A stretch of 64,000 nucleotides of DNA, taken from NCBI GenBank assembly GCA_002269645.1, contig NIVC01000099.1, positions 1 to 64,000 of the forward strand. Reading direction: 5' to 3'. This DNA comes from Macrostomum lignano. Taxonomy: Eukaryota. Both the position numbers and the translations under genes were made by a program. Shown here in pieces: positions 1-12,482 of this stretch (its first letter is position 1; each line of letters opens with the position of its first letter). Below the pieces are notes generated by a model. The model saw nothing but the letters and a program-made list of their open reading frames with translations, did no database searches and was not told the origin of the DNA.

Positions 1-316
1 CCTGACCCACTGACCCATCCTGATCTCACTGATGACCCACTGACCCATCCTGATCTCACTGATGACCCACTGACCCATCCTGATCTCACTGATGACTCAC
101 TGACCCATCCTGGTTCATTAATGACCCACTGACCCATCCTGATCTCACTGATGACTCACTGACCCATCCTGGTTCATTAATGATCCACTGACCCATCATG
201 ATCTCATCGATAACCCACTGACCCATCCTGATCTCACTGATGACCACTGACCCATCCTGATCTCACTGATGACCCACTGACCCATTCTGATCTCACTGAT
301 GACCCACTGACCCATC
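1..316. repeat. ~30-bp minisatellite (GACCCACTGACCCATCCTGATCTCACTGAT)n in an RTF1 intron
   Basis: About 10 tandem copies ending about 20 nt before the CAG acceptor at 337-339. Confidence 0.9.
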
Positions 317-339
317 CCCAACAAACTGCCGGCTCCCAG

Positions 340-963
340 ATCCCGGCAGCTCGTGAAGCAGCGGATGCGCCAGAAGGAGCGCGAGCAGCAGCACCAGAAG
401 CAGCAGCGGCAGCGCAAGCCGGACGCGCCGTCTTCGGCAGCCTCGGCGGCCGATGCCGTCCCCTCGTTGCTGCCGCCTCAGTGGAGCGCAAGAAGGCACT
501 AGACGAGAAGCGTGGCTCCACGAACTCCAAGCTGGAGGCGCTGCGTCAACAGCGCGAGGATCGCAAGAAGAAGCAACTGCTGAAGGCCTCGGATGTGTTC
601 TCGGACAGCTCCGGCGACAGCGACGATGGCGGAGGCGGCGGCAAGGCGCGGACAAGCGCCAAGCGGAAGTCCGCGGCCAGCTCAACTTCCTCGTCGTCCT
701 CGTCCTCCTCCTCTTCGTCCAGCGTCGACACGTCCGACGACGAGGGCGGTGCCGTTGAAAGCGCGGCCCGGCGCAGCAGCGACGATGACGGCGAAGACAG
801 CGAGAGCCAGCGACCGGTAGACTCGCTCGCCCAGCTGGCCAACATCCGGCTGAGCCGGCACAAGCTGGAGCGCTGGGTGCACATGCCTTTCTTTGCCCGC
901 CTCGTTGTTGGCTGCTTCGTCCGGGTCGGCATTGGCAGCCACCACGACCAGACTGTGTACCGG
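340..963 (+). CDS. RTF1: RTF1 (Paf1 complex) internal exon with start of Plus3 domain; 1-nt frameshift near 460-463
   Basis: IRLSRHKLERWVHMPFFARLVVGCFVRVGIG matches the RTF1 Plus3 domain. CAG acceptor 337-339, GT donor 964. Upstream exons lie outside the window. Confidence 0.9.
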
Positions 964-1034
964 GTGAGCCGCTGCGCTTGGGCCCGGGGAGTCCGGGACT
1001 CGGCTAGGTTGTTTCCACTCCAGATGTTTCATTT

Positions 1035-1792
1035 TAGAGCTCCTGGGTCCAGTAGTCTCCAGGCTAGTTAGTTCCCATTCCAGATGTTTCATTCTAGAGC
1101 TCCTTGGCCCAGTCTCCAGACTAGCTACTCCCACTCCAGATAATTAATTCTAGAGCTCCTTGGTCCAGTCTCCAGACTAGCTACTCCCACTCCAGATAAT
1201 TAATTCTAGAGCTCCTTGGTCCAGTCTCCAGACTAGCTACTCCCACTCCAGATAATTAATTCTAGAGCTCCTTGGCCCAGTCTCCAGACTAGCTACTTCC
1301 ACTCCAGATAATTAATTCTAGAGCTCCTTGGCCCAGTCTCCAGACTAGCTAGCTCCCACTCCAGATAATTAATTCTAGAGCTCCTTGGCCCAGTCTCCAG
1401 ACTAGCTGCTCCCACTCCAGATAATTAATTCTAGAGCTCCTTGGCCCAGTCTCCAGACTAGCTGCTCCCACTCCAGATAATTAATTCTAGAGCTCCTTGG
1501 TCCAGTCTCCAGACTAGCTAGCTCCCACTCCAGATAATTAATTCTAGAGCTCCTTGGCCCAGTCTCCAGACTAGCTGCTCCCACTCCAGATAATTAATTC
1601 TAGAGCTCCTTGGTCCAGTCTCCAGACTAACTACTCCCACTCCAGATAATTAATTCTAGAGCTCCTTGGCCCAGTCTCCAGACTAGCTACTTCCACTCCA
1701 GATAATTAATTCTAGAGCTCCTTGGCCCAGTCTCCAGACTAGCTAGCTCCCACTCCAGATAACTAATTCTAGAGCTCCTTGGTCCAGTCTCT
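1035..1792. repeat. 56-bp minisatellite in RTF1 intron
   Basis: Unit CTAGAGCTCCTTGGCCCAGTCTCCAGACTAGCTACTCCCACTCCAGATAATTAATT, about 13 copies (1094 to 1150 = 56). Confidence 0.92.
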
Positions 1793-2208
1793 CCAACCAG
1801 ACGGCGAATCTCTGTCCCAATTGTTATTAAATGCATTGATGCAGCCGGCACTTCTTCATTGTCAACGGTAGTGCGTAGTTACCTCCAATCAAATATTTAA
1901 TTTGTATGCTCAAATTTTGCTTCCCTTCACTAAAAAGGCTCCATTATTTTGAATTTTCGAAATCGATACGATCGCAACTAAGCAATGCATCAAAGAAATC
2001 AAAATAGTTTAACTGGTGATAGAGCCTAATGGGCTCTGTTATCCACTTACTTACCACTTACTTACCACCACTTACTTACTTTATTATTAACTAGATTGAA
2101 GCTTGGGATATTGCTTGGCAATCTGGAAATTGAGTCGGAGGAGAGGGAGGAAAACGTAAGGTGAGGGAGGATTAAGAGTCGAGAGTGCGTCGCAGTCAGT
2201 GACAAGAG

Positions 2209-3230
2209 TCAGAGATTTGAAAATTGGGAGACTGATAGCCAGGAGAGAGAATTGGGAGATTGACAGCCGGGAGAGTGAGAGTCACGAGAGTGACAGCCAG
2301 GAGAGAGAGGGTCACGAGAGTGACAGCCAGGAGAATGAGGGTCACAAGAGTGACAGCCGGGAGAGTGAGGGTCACGAGAGTGACAGCCAGGAGAGAGAGG
2401 GTCACGAGAGTGACAGCCAGGAGAATGAGGGTCACAAGAGTGACAGCCGGGAGAGTGAGGGTCACGAGAGTGACAGCCAGGAGAGTGAGGGTCACGAGAG
2501 TGACAGCCAGGAGAGTGAGGGTCACAAGAGTGACAGCCAGGAGAGTGAGGGTCACAAGAGTGACAGCCAGGAGAATGAGGGTCACAAGAGTGACAGCCGG
2601 GAGAGTGAGGGTCACGAGAGTGACAGCCAGGAGAGTGAGGGTCACGAGAGTGACAGCCAGGAGAGAGAGGGTCACGAGAGTGACAGCCAGGAGAATGAGG
2701 GTCACAAGAGTGACAGCCGGGAGAGTGAGGGTCACGAGAGTGACAGCCGGGAGAGTGAGGGTCACGAGAGTGACAGCCAGGAGAGTGAGGGTCACAAGAG
2801 TGACAGCCAGGAGAGTGAGGGTCACAAGAGTGACAGCCAGGAGAGTGAGGGTCACAAGAGTGACAGCCGGGAGAGTGACAGCCAGGAGAGTGACAACCAG
2901 GACGGTGACAGCCGGGAAAGTGAAAAAGGGAGAGTGACAGCCGAGAGATTGACAACCGGAGAGTGACAACCGGGAGAGGGGAACCGGGAGTGACAGCCGG
3001 GAGAGTGCGAGTCTGGGCAGTGGTATAGCAGTTGCACAGTGTCTGACAATCGGGAGAGTGACAACCGGGAGAGTGGCAGCCGGAGAGTGACAGTCGCAGG
3101 AGGGACAACCGGGAGAGTGACAACCGGGAGAGTGACAACCGGGAGAGTGGCAGCCGGAGAGTGACAGTCGCAGGAGGGACAACCGGGAGAGTGACAGCCG
3201 GGAAAGTGACAGCCGGGAGAGTGAGAGTCT
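2209..3230. repeat. 30-bp minisatellite (GAGAGTGACAGCCAGGAGAGTGAGGGTCAC)n, decaying into shorter units
   Basis: Tandem copies inside the RTF1 intron; they explain the repetitive ORFs in this interval. Confidence 0.9.
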
Positions 3231-3321
3231 GGGGAGCGGGTATAGCAGTTGCACAGTGTCTGACAATGGCAGTGCTGCTCGCAGTCACCAACTCGCAGCC
3301 ACCCCCTTTACGCTTGGCCAG

Positions 3322-3615
3322 GTGGCGGAGATCCTGGAGGTGAGCGATCAAGGCGCCCGCACCTACAGCCTGGGAAACACGCGGACGAACAAAACCCTGC
3401 GAGTGCGGCACGCCAAAGACGAGAAGAACTTCAGGATGGAGTTCGTCTCCAACCAGGAGTTCACGCCCAAGGAGTTCGAGGCGTGGCGCACCGCCATGCA
3501 GGAGGCCGCCATGCCGCTGCCTACCGTGCAGTTCATGGAGCGCAAGGTGGAGGAAATCCGACGGCACATCAATTATGAGATTAAGGATGACGCTGAGCTG
3601 GAGAAGATCATCCAG
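3322..3615 (+). CDS. RTF1: RTF1 exon (Plus3 C-terminal part)
   Basis: VAEILEV..YSLGNTRTNKTLRVRH..FRMEFVSNQEFT. AG 3320-21, GT 3616, phase 0/0. Confidence 0.93.
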
Positions 3616-3638
3616 GTGAGTTGGGCCCTTCTAAATAG

Positions 3639-3649
3639 AGTCTGTCTGA

Positions 3650-3725
<76 letters not shown>

Positions 3726-3762
3726 GTATGTGTCTTTGTGTTTGTCTGTCTGTCTGTCTATG

Positions 3763-3815
<53 letters not shown>
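3639..3815. repeat. (TCTG)n microsatellite in RTF1 intron
   Basis: Direct observation. Confidence 0.95.
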
Positions 3816-3872
3816 GCAAGGCCTTCCAATCCCTCTGCCCCATCCTGGCCCTGCCTCTCCCCCGCACCGCAG

Positions 3873-4136
3873 GAGAAGCGCCGCTTCGTGAGTCTGTCGG
3901 TGAACCCGGCCTACCGCAAGGCGCAGCTGCTGAAGGAGCGCGGCCTCGCCGAGCTGGAGGGCGACCTCGAGAAGGTGCGCCAACTGCAGGAACAACTGCA
4001 GGATGTTGAGGATGAGCAGCGCCGAGTAGAGGAGGCCCGCTCCAAGAAGGTGAACGCCATCTCCGAGGTGAACCGGAAGAACCGCAAAGACAACCTGGGA
4101 TTGGCTGAGCAGGCGCTCAAGGAGGAGTACCAGGAG
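3873..4136 (+). CDS. RTF1: RTF1 exon
   Basis: EKRRF..YRKAQLLKER..NAISEVNRKNR. AG 3871-72, GT 4137. Confidence 0.9.
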
Positions 4137-4169
4137 GTGAGGCCTTCAGGCAGTGCGCTTCAGTCATCT

Positions 4170-4845
4170 GAATCCCCATCAGCCATCTAAATCCCCATCA
4201 GCCAGGTGAATCCCCATCGGCCAGGTGAATCCCATCAGCCAGGTGAATCCCATCAGCCAGGTGAATCCCCATCAGCCAGGTGAATCCCCATCAGCCAGGT
4301 GAATCCCCATCAGCCAGGTGAATCCCCATCAGCCAGGTGAATCCCCATCAGCCAGGTGAATCCCATCAGCCAGGTGAATCCCCATCAGCCAGGTGAATCC
4401 CATCAGCCAGGTGAATCCCCATCAGCCAGGTGAATCCCATCAGCCAGGTGAATCCCATCAGCCAGGTGAATCCCATCAGCCAGGTGAATCCCATCAGCCA
4501 GGTGAATCCCCATCAGCCAGGTGAATCCCATGAGCCAGGTGAATCCCATCAGCCAGGTGAATCCCCATCAGCCAGGTGAATCCCCATCAGCCAGGTGAAT
4601 CCCCATCAGCCAGGTGAATCCCATCAGCCATCTGAATCCCCATCAGCCAGGTGAATCTCATCAGCCAGGTGAATCCCCATCATCCAGGTGAATCCCATCA
4701 GCCATCTGAATCCCCATCAGCCAGGTGAATCCTATCAGCCAGGTGAATCCCATCAGCCAGGTGAATCCCATGAGCCAGGTGAATCCCATCAGCCAGGTGA
4801 ATCCCCATCAGCCAGGTGAATCTTATCAGCCAGGTGAATCCCCAT
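4170..4845. repeat. 19/20-bp minisatellite (CCCCATCAGCCAGGTGAAT)n in RTF1 intron
   Basis: About 30 tandem copies. Confidence 0.95.
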
Positions 4846-4882
4846 CAGACACAACTATTCAATTTCCTACCCGCCGCCCCAG

Positions 4883-5263
4883 GTGCGCGATCTGGAGTCC
4901 CAGGGCGGCGACCCGTTCACCAGGCGCACTACCAGGCCCTCTCTGTGCGGCATCCGTCAGAAGCAGCTGCTCATGCAGCAGCAGCAGCAGCCCAAGCCAG
5001 CCAGCCAGCCCCAGCAGCCCCAGTCTGCCGCTCCCAGCCAACCAGCAGCAGCCGCCGCCCCTGCTGCCGACGCCTCGGGTACCGGCGCGGACTTCTACGA
5101 CATCCACAACTTCGACCTGCACATCGAGGTCGACGTCCCGGCGGTGGCCACCCCGGCGGTCTGCCGCAGCAGCCAGGGCGGCGCCGGCGACCTGCTGGCC
5201 CGCAGCGCCAGCGGCCGGTCGCTCAATCTGGACGAGTACAAGCGGCGCAAGGGACTCATCTGA
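4883..5263 (+). CDS. RTF1: RTF1 terminal exon
   Basis: DPFTRR..HNFDLHIEVDVP..RSLNLDEYKRRKGLI* matches the RTF1 C-terminus. AG 4881-82. Confidence 0.95.
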   Translation: MRDLESQGGDPFTRRTTRPSLCGIRQKQLLMQQQQQPKPASQPQQPQSAAPSQPAAAAAPAADASGTGADFYDIHNFDLHIEVDVPAVATPAVCRSSQGGAGDLLARSASGRSLNLDEYKRRKGLI

Positions 5264-5454
5264 GCTGCTTTGCGGGGAGGGGCTTGCTTTTATTTATTCT
5301 TAACTGCGCACCCTGTAATATTAGTATTAGTTTTTATTACTGACCATAATAATATGCAGTCAGTTGAATATGACAGAACTTAACTGCTGCACTGAGGGTG
5401 CGGCTCGCGTGCTGAGCTGTTTCAATTCTAACTGTCTAGCTGTCTCCATATAGA

Positions 5455-5586
5455 TGTGCCTGTGTGTCTGTCTGTCTGTCTGTCTGTCTGTCTGCCTGTC
5501 TGTCTGTCTGTCTGCCTGTCTGTCTGTGTGTGTCTGTCTGTCTGTCTGTCTGTCTGCCTGTCTGTCTGTGTGTGTCTGTCTGTCTG

Positions 5587-5625
<39 letters not shown>

Positions 5626-6085
5626 GTGTCTGTCTGTCTGTCTGCCTGTCTGTCTGTGTGTGTCTGTCTGTCTGTCTGTCTGTCTGCCTGTCTGTCTGTG
5701 TGTGTCTGTCTGCCTGTCTGTCTGTGTGTGTCTGTCTGCCTGTCTGTCTGTGTGTGTCTGTCTGTCTGTCTGTCTGTCTGTGTGTGTGTGTCTGTCTGTG
5801 TGTCTGTCTGTCTGTCTGTCTGTGTGTCTGCGTCTGTCTGTCTGTCTGTGTGTGTGTGTCTGTCTGTCTGTCTGTGTGTGTGTGTCTGTCTGTCTGTCTG
5901 TCTGCCTGTCTGTCTGTGTGTGTCTGTCTGTCTTTCTGTCTGTCTGTGTCTGTCTGCCTGTCTGTCTGTCTGTCTGTCTCCCTGTCTTTCTGACTGTCTG
6001 ACTGTGTGTCCGTCTTAGTGTTTATGACTGCCTGTTTGTCTGTCTGTCTGTTGTCTGTCGTCTGTCTGTTGTCTGTCTGTCTGTC
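5455..6085. repeat. (TCTG)n/(TG)n compound microsatellite
   Basis: Direct observation; source of the spurious CLSV ORFs. Confidence 0.95.
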
Positions 6086-6845
6086 TCATATCCATTCACT
6101 CACTGAAAACAAGCGCTGTTTACGTGCCAGTGTTCAGTCAATCGAATAACAGGCTTCTCGACCGACTCAATAGCCAGTCATTGTTTGCGATCAAGGTTCA
6201 GGGCTGCCAGGGCAGATGAAGTGGAGTGGGGGTCGGTGGCCTGTCCCCGGAACCCAGGCCAGCAGTCGGCTTTGTCTTGCAGCTGTGTTGCTACAAAAAT
6301 AGTTCAGAGTTCAGCGATCCGCGAGTTCTCCGCCCTGCAGAAAAACCTGTTTTTGTCCGATAGATTTTTCCGCTTCGTCCGATGCCCCAGCTTTCTGTTT
6401 GGTCCGTGACAGCCCGCGCGAGGCTGGAGTCAGTTTGTCATGGCTAATGCCGGATGTTTGTTTCAGTCGTTTTTTACGAATCAAGTTGTCAATCAGTGTG
6501 TGTTTGTCATCTCCAGCGTCGGCCCAGTCTCCCTGTCCATCAGTTTGTATTTTGCATTTTTTCATATTTTTAATAAATTACCTTAAGCTTTATAAAATTA
6601 GTGAATCTATCAGCCCCCCCCCCTAAATTTTCTTTATTCTGTCCCTGTGTACAATTCTTGGCTCGATCTGCTGCGTTAGAAACTTCGCACTGATGACAGA
6701 CCCCCTTGCTAAGTGACTGCTTAAAGCTGATTAATTATCTATTAATTACATGTGTTGGCTCGAGCTCTGTTCGACTGGCTGAATTATGCGATAGATCAGA
6801 CCTTCGCTTTTGTTTATTTGATTGTCTGTTTGCTTAGCTGTGCTT

Positions 6846-8622
6846 TGTCTTCCTGTCCTTTGAGTCTCTTCCTGCCCTTTGCGTCTCTTCCTGTCCTTTG
6901 AGTCTCTTCCTGTCCTTTGTGTCTTCCTGTCCTTTGAGTCTCTTCCTGCCCTTTGAGTCTCTTCCTGTCCTTTGCGTCTCTTCCTGTCTTTTGAGTCTCT
7001 TCCTGTCCTTTGTGTCTTCCTGTCCTTTGAGTCTCTTCCTGTCTTTTGAGTCTCTTCCTGTCCTTTGCGTCTCTTCCTGTCCTTTGTGTCTTCCTGTCCT
7101 TTGAGTCTTCCTGTCCTTTGAGTCTCTTCCTGTCTTTTGAGTCTCTTCCTGTCCTTTGAGTCTCTTCCTGTCCTTTGAATCTTCCTGTCCTTTGAGTCTC
7201 TTCCTGTCCTTTGTGTCTTCCTGTCCTTTGAGTCTCTTCCTGTCTTTTGAGTCTCTTCCTGTCCTTTGCGTCTCTTCCTGTCCTTTGTGTCTTCCTGTCC
7301 TTTGAGTCTCTTCCTGTCTTTTGAGTCTCTTCCTGTCCTTTGAGTCTCTTCCTGTCTTTTGAGTCTCTTCCTGTCCTTTGTGTCTTCCTGTCCTTTGAGT
7401 CTCTTCCTGTCTTTTGAGTCTCTTCCTGTCCTTTGAATCTTCCTGTCCTTTGAGTCTCTTCCTGTCCTTTGTGTCTTCCTGTCCTTTGAGTCTCTTCCTG
7501 TCCTTTGAGTCTCTTCCTGTCCTTTGCGTCTCTTCCTGTCATTTGAGTCTCTTCCTGTCCTTTGAGTCTCTTCCTGTCCTTTGAGTCTCTTCCTGTCCTT
7601 TGAGTCTCTTCCTGTCCTTTGTGTCTTCCTGTCCTTTGAGTCTCTTCCTGTCTTTTGAGTCTCTTCCTGTCCTTTGAATCTTCCTGTCCTTTGAGTCTCT
7701 TCCTGTCCTTTGTGTCTTCCTGTCCTTTGTGTCTTCCTGTCCTTTGTGTCTTCCTGTCCTTTGAGTCTCTTCCTGTCTTTTGAGTCTCTTCCTGTCCTTT
7801 GAATCTTCCTGTCCTTTGAGTCTCTTCCTGTCCTTTGTGTCTTCCTGTCCTTTGAGTCTCTTCCTGTCTTTTGAGTCTCTTCCTGTCCTTTGCGTCTCTT
7901 CCTGTCCTTTGTGTCTTCCTGTCCTTTGAGTCTCTTCCTGTCTTTTGAGTCTCTTCCTGTCCTTTGAGTCTCTTCCTGTCTTTTGAGTCTCTTCCTGTCC
8001 TTTGTGTCTTCCTGTCCTTTGAGTCTCTTCCTGTCTTTTGAGTCTCTTCCTGTCCTTTGTGTCTTCCTGTCCTTTGAGTCTCTTCCTGTCTTTTGAGTCT
8101 CTTCCTGTCCTTTGCGTCTCTTCCTGTCTTTTGAGTCTCTTCCTGTCCTTTGTGTCTTCCTGTCCTTTGAGTCTCTTCCTGTCTTTTGAGTCTCTTCCTG
8201 TCCTTTGCGTCTCTTCCTGTCCTTTGTGTCTTCCTGTCCTTTGAGTCTTCCTGTCCTTTGAGTCTCTTCCTGTCTTTTGAGTCTCTTCCTGTCCTTTGAG
8301 TCTCTTCCTGTCCTTTGAATCTTCCTGTCCTTTGAGTCTCTTCCTGTCCTTTGTGTCTTCCTGTCCTTTGAGTCTCTTCCTGTCTTTTGAGTCTCTTCCT
8401 GTCCTTTGCGTCTCTTCCTGTCCTTTGTGTCTTCCTGTCCTTTGAGTCTCTTCCTGTCTTTTGAGTCTCTTCCTGTCCTTTGAGTCTCTTCCTGTCTTTT
8501 GAGTCTCTTCCTGTCCTTTGTGTCTTCCTGTCCTTTGAGTCTCTTCCTGTCTTTTGAGTCTCTTCCTGTCCTTTGAGTCTTCCTGTCCTTTTAGTCTTCC
8601 TGTCCTTTGAGTCTTCCTGTCC
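6846..8622. repeat. 19/21-bp minisatellite (CTTCCTGTCCTTTGAGTCT)n
   Basis: About 1.8 kb of tandem copies with variant units. Confidence 0.95.
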
Positions 8623-8820
8623 TTGGCGTTTGCATCCCTTCGCTGTAAATGGGCAGCAATTGCAGTGCTAAAAATGCATTCAGCTGACTCTCCGTCTCGC
8701 ACCCCCGCAGCGCGAGCCCACACTGACCAGTTCAGCCTCGGCCTTGAGCAAGCAGCTCCTCCCAGTCGCCCAGTGATTCGCTTGGCAGCATGCCAGCAGC
8801 CGCAGCGGAACTCGGCCAAG

Positions 8821-11711
8821 ATGTCCGACAGCACTTCTGACTTGCAACTTCAGCGGTCGCCGCAGCCGCAGCCTCACAAATCGTCGGCTGAAAACGGCAA
8901 CGGCGGCGGCGGTTCGATCAAATCCGACCTATCGGCGGTGTCGGCGGCAACATCAAAGGCGCTGGAAGACCAGCTGGCAGATTTGAATGGCGCAGTTGAA
9001 TCGCTGGAGGCCAGCTTCGTGCAGCAGAGTCCGGTTGGCGCTGCTCCCGCCGCTGCACCGTCAGCTGCGGAGTCGGGCGGCGGGAGCCCCCTGTCCCGGG
9101 TGCAGGCGCTGTTCTCCCAGCGAGCGTCCGTCAAGAAGCAGCAGCAGCAGCAGGAGCCGCAAGCGACCCCCAAGCCGCAGGACAATGACTCGGCGGAGCA
9201 GCAGCAAGTTCGCGAGCTGCAGTCGGAGCGCCAGCGGCTGCAGGGCCAGCTGCAGTCGGTGCAAACTCTGCTGCAGAATTGCCAACGTCAGCTGGAGCAG
9301 AAGACGGCCGAGGCGGCCCGGCTGATGCGTTCTGAGCACGAGGCTGGCCAGCTGCGGCTGAAGTGCACGCAGCTGCAGCGCCAGCTGGCCGACATGTCCG
9401 ACCTGGCCTCCGAGCGGGATCAACTGGCCCAGATGACGGAGAGTCTGGAGGCGGCGCTCACTCCCATGAAGGAGCGCGCCGACGCGGCCAACGCTGAGGC
9501 GCGCGAGCTGCGCCAACAGGTGCAGAGCAGCTCAGCCGAGCTGAAAGCAGCGGCGCAGCTCGAGGCGCAGCTGCGAGCCGAGCTGGCAGCATCCGGCGAT
9601 GAGGCCAGGCAGCTGGGCGACCGGCTCGAGCGTGCCGAAGCGGACGTGGCGTCATTGGTGGAGCAGCTTGGCCAGGAGCGCGCCGCCCGTCAGCAGCTGG
9701 CTGATCAGCTGGCTGAACTTAAGGAGGCCGCGGATGCTGATCAGTCCAAGGATGCAGAAATTGCCGACCTGGCCGCTCAGCTGGATTCGCTCCGGCAGGC
9801 CCTGGCCGAGAGAGTTGCCCAGGCTGATGCCGCTGAGGCTGAGCGATCTGCACTGAGTCTGCAGGTTGAGCAGCTGACCGAGCAGTTGAACGCGAAGTCC
9901 ACAGAGCTGCAAAATCTGGTCGACTCATCTGGCAAGGATGCTGAAATAGCTCGATTGGTTAATCAGATTGATGAAGAGCGGCGTCTGAGACAGGAGGAGG
10001 TCGCCAGTTTTGAGTCCAATTCGGGTGTCATCGTTGAGCTCAGGCAGCAAGTTGAGCAGTATGTGAAAGAGCTGGAAGAGCTGAGAAAACAGTTGGCCAC
10101 AAAAAATGCGGAAGTTGAGACTTTGCACCAGTCCCAGAGTTCTGCTGCTCAGGCGGAAGCTGAAGCAGTTTCCCAGATTAAAAACCAGATGGACCAGTTG
10201 ATGAAGGAGCTGCAGGCAGCTGGGGAGCAGGTGCGCACTCAAGAATCGCAAATCACCTCATTGACAGAGCAGCTCGCAAGCAAAGACTCGGAGATTAAAA
10301 CGTTGCGTCAATCGCGAAGTGCCGCCGATCAGTCAGAATCAGAGACTGTTGCCCGGCTTCAGAAGCAGATCGACGAGTTGATGGGAGAGCTGCAGGCAGC
10401 TGGGGAGCAGGTGCGCACTCAAGAATCGCAAGTTACCGCATTGACAGAGCAGCTCGCTGACAAAGAGGCACAGATCTTGGAATTGCGGCAGTCTGAAACT
10501 GAGAAAGTTTCCCGATTGCAAACGCAGGTTGACGAGTTACTAAAGGAACTACAGGTAGTTGGAGAACAGGCCAGAGCTCACAGCTCGCAAGTTGACTCCT
10601 TAAATGAACAGCTTGCAAGCAAAGACGCAGAGATTGAGAGACTGCACCAGTTGCAAAGCGCTTCTGCTGAATCCGAATCTGAGTCTGTATCCCAGCTACA
10701 TGAGCAGATTAACAAGTTGATGAAGGAACTGCAGGTTGCCGAAGAGCAGGCGCAGACTCACAAATCGCAAATTGATTCCTTGACAGAGCAGCTCGCTGGC
10801 AAAGAGGCAGAGATGACGGCGTTGCAGCAGTCTGACACCGAAGCAGTTTCCCAGTTGGAGCAGAGAATTGGCGAACTCAAGAAGGAGCTCAAAAGCTACT
10901 CGGCTCAGTCAGAGTCGCTAACGAGCCAGCTGGCGGTCAAAGACGCAGAGATTGCGTCGTTACGTCAGTCGCTGAATGACAATGCCGCTCCGGCAGCGGC
11001 GGCAGCGGCGGAGCAGAGCCGCCTGTTGGCCGCCCGGGAGCAGCAGATTCTGGAACTGAAGACGCAGCAGTTGAGCCTGCAGGAGCGCGAGGCCGAGCTG
11101 ACCGCGCAGGCTGAGCAGCAGCAGCAGGAGTTGCGCAATCAGTACCAGACTCTGGTTCAGAATTACACGGTGGCTTATCAGCAGAACGGGCAGCTGAGGC
11201 AGCGCCTGAGTGAACTGGAGCAGCGCCTGCAGCAGCAGAGCGGCCTGGCTGAGCTGGCCGAACGGAGCGAACTTTTGCGGGCCGAGTCCGCCCAGCTGAA
11301 GTCGCTGATGCGCGAGGCGGAGGCTGAGAAGGCGGCCCAACGGACTCAGCTGCAGCAGCGAGCTGTCGAGGTGGCCAACCTGCAGGCCGAGCTTGACGAG
11401 CTGCGCAAGCAGTTGCAGCAGCGGCAGCAGCAGCACCAGCAGCAGAGGGAAGCAACGGCCAACGACTCTGGGTCATCCGAGCGGCTCCGTCAAGAGGTGG
11501 AGCGTCTTCGGCGTCACCTGATGAAGTTGAGGAGAGCTACACGGCGGAGCTGCTGGCGGCGGAGTCCGCTCAGCAGGAGCTGAAGTCCCGCCTGCAGCAG
11601 CTGGAAGCCACGGCTGGCAGCGCCGACTCCACTGGGCAGCAGGTGCACACGCTGCAGATGTACCTCAGTGCTGTGCGGGACGAGCGGGACAGGGCGCTGG
11701 CTCAGGTCAAG
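8821..11711 (+). CDS. TRIP11: TRIP11/GMAP-210 golgin exon 1 (long coiled coil); 1-nt frameshift at ~11523
   Basis: ATG 8821. Restoring one G gives ERLRRHLMEVEESYTAELLAAE, matching TRIP11 [22 protein letters not shown]. GT donor 11712. The start codon is uncertain. Confidence 0.8.
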
Positions 11712-12482
11712 GTGAGTCAGCGTACTATTTACCTGTCTACCAGGGATTGTGGGAACAGGTGCAAAGAATACAACCGTCTCCCTAGTGAAAATAGGGGATG
11801 GGGTCATATGGCGCGCAAAGAATCTGGCCTAGTGTGCCAAATTAGCAGTAAGATATTGCAGCCAGTGTAACGCATGAAGCCAACGCAATAGTGGGTTTGT
11901 ATTGTGCGCAACGCAACGCAAACTTGGCCAAATATCAATCAGTTAACACCTGCGCACTCAAATGTACACATTTAAAGATAAGGATAGAAGGCGCGCATTG
12001 AACAACAGCATCTTCACAGAGACTTACGAACTGTAGTGCTGGCAAGCTAAGGAGACAGTAAAGTCAGTCAGTGTCCAGAATCTGGGGCTCTTGCGCCTCC
12101 CATGGCAAAAATTTTTCCTTGTTGCCTCCCCTCTTCCCACCTACTTGTCAGGCCTGCCTACCCAACTGCCGCTCTTTCCCCGCCATTTCGTTGATCTTTT
12201 ACGCAGGTTGTCGGAATTTTTCGGATAACTTTTTCAGTGTCAAAAAGTCTGAAAACTTTATTTTACTTGGTCGGCCTGTGCCAGTAGAACTTTGATTAAC
12301 TCTTCGGTGTAGTCCGGCAAAATTTGGCTTTGGGTTTCTGAGGTAGTGTCAGCTAGAGTCGGTTTTGTCCGATTTTTGTCCAAGACGCTTGTTGGAGAAG
12401 TTCAATATTTCTGGCTACCTACCTGTCTACCTAATCATCTGGCTACCTATCTACCTAATTACCTACTCACCTACCCCCCTAC

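Noticed and set aside
2199-2966. 255-aa E/S/H/D-rich ORF
   Set aside because: Translation of a 30-bp intronic repeat; open in several frames on both strands.
8623-8820. N-terminal extension of the TRIP11 ORF
   Set aside because: Relies on a non-ATG start at the edge of a repeat; no support for it.
5454-8834. CLSV- and KDRK-repeat ORFs
   Set aside because: Artefacts of microsatellites and minisatellites.
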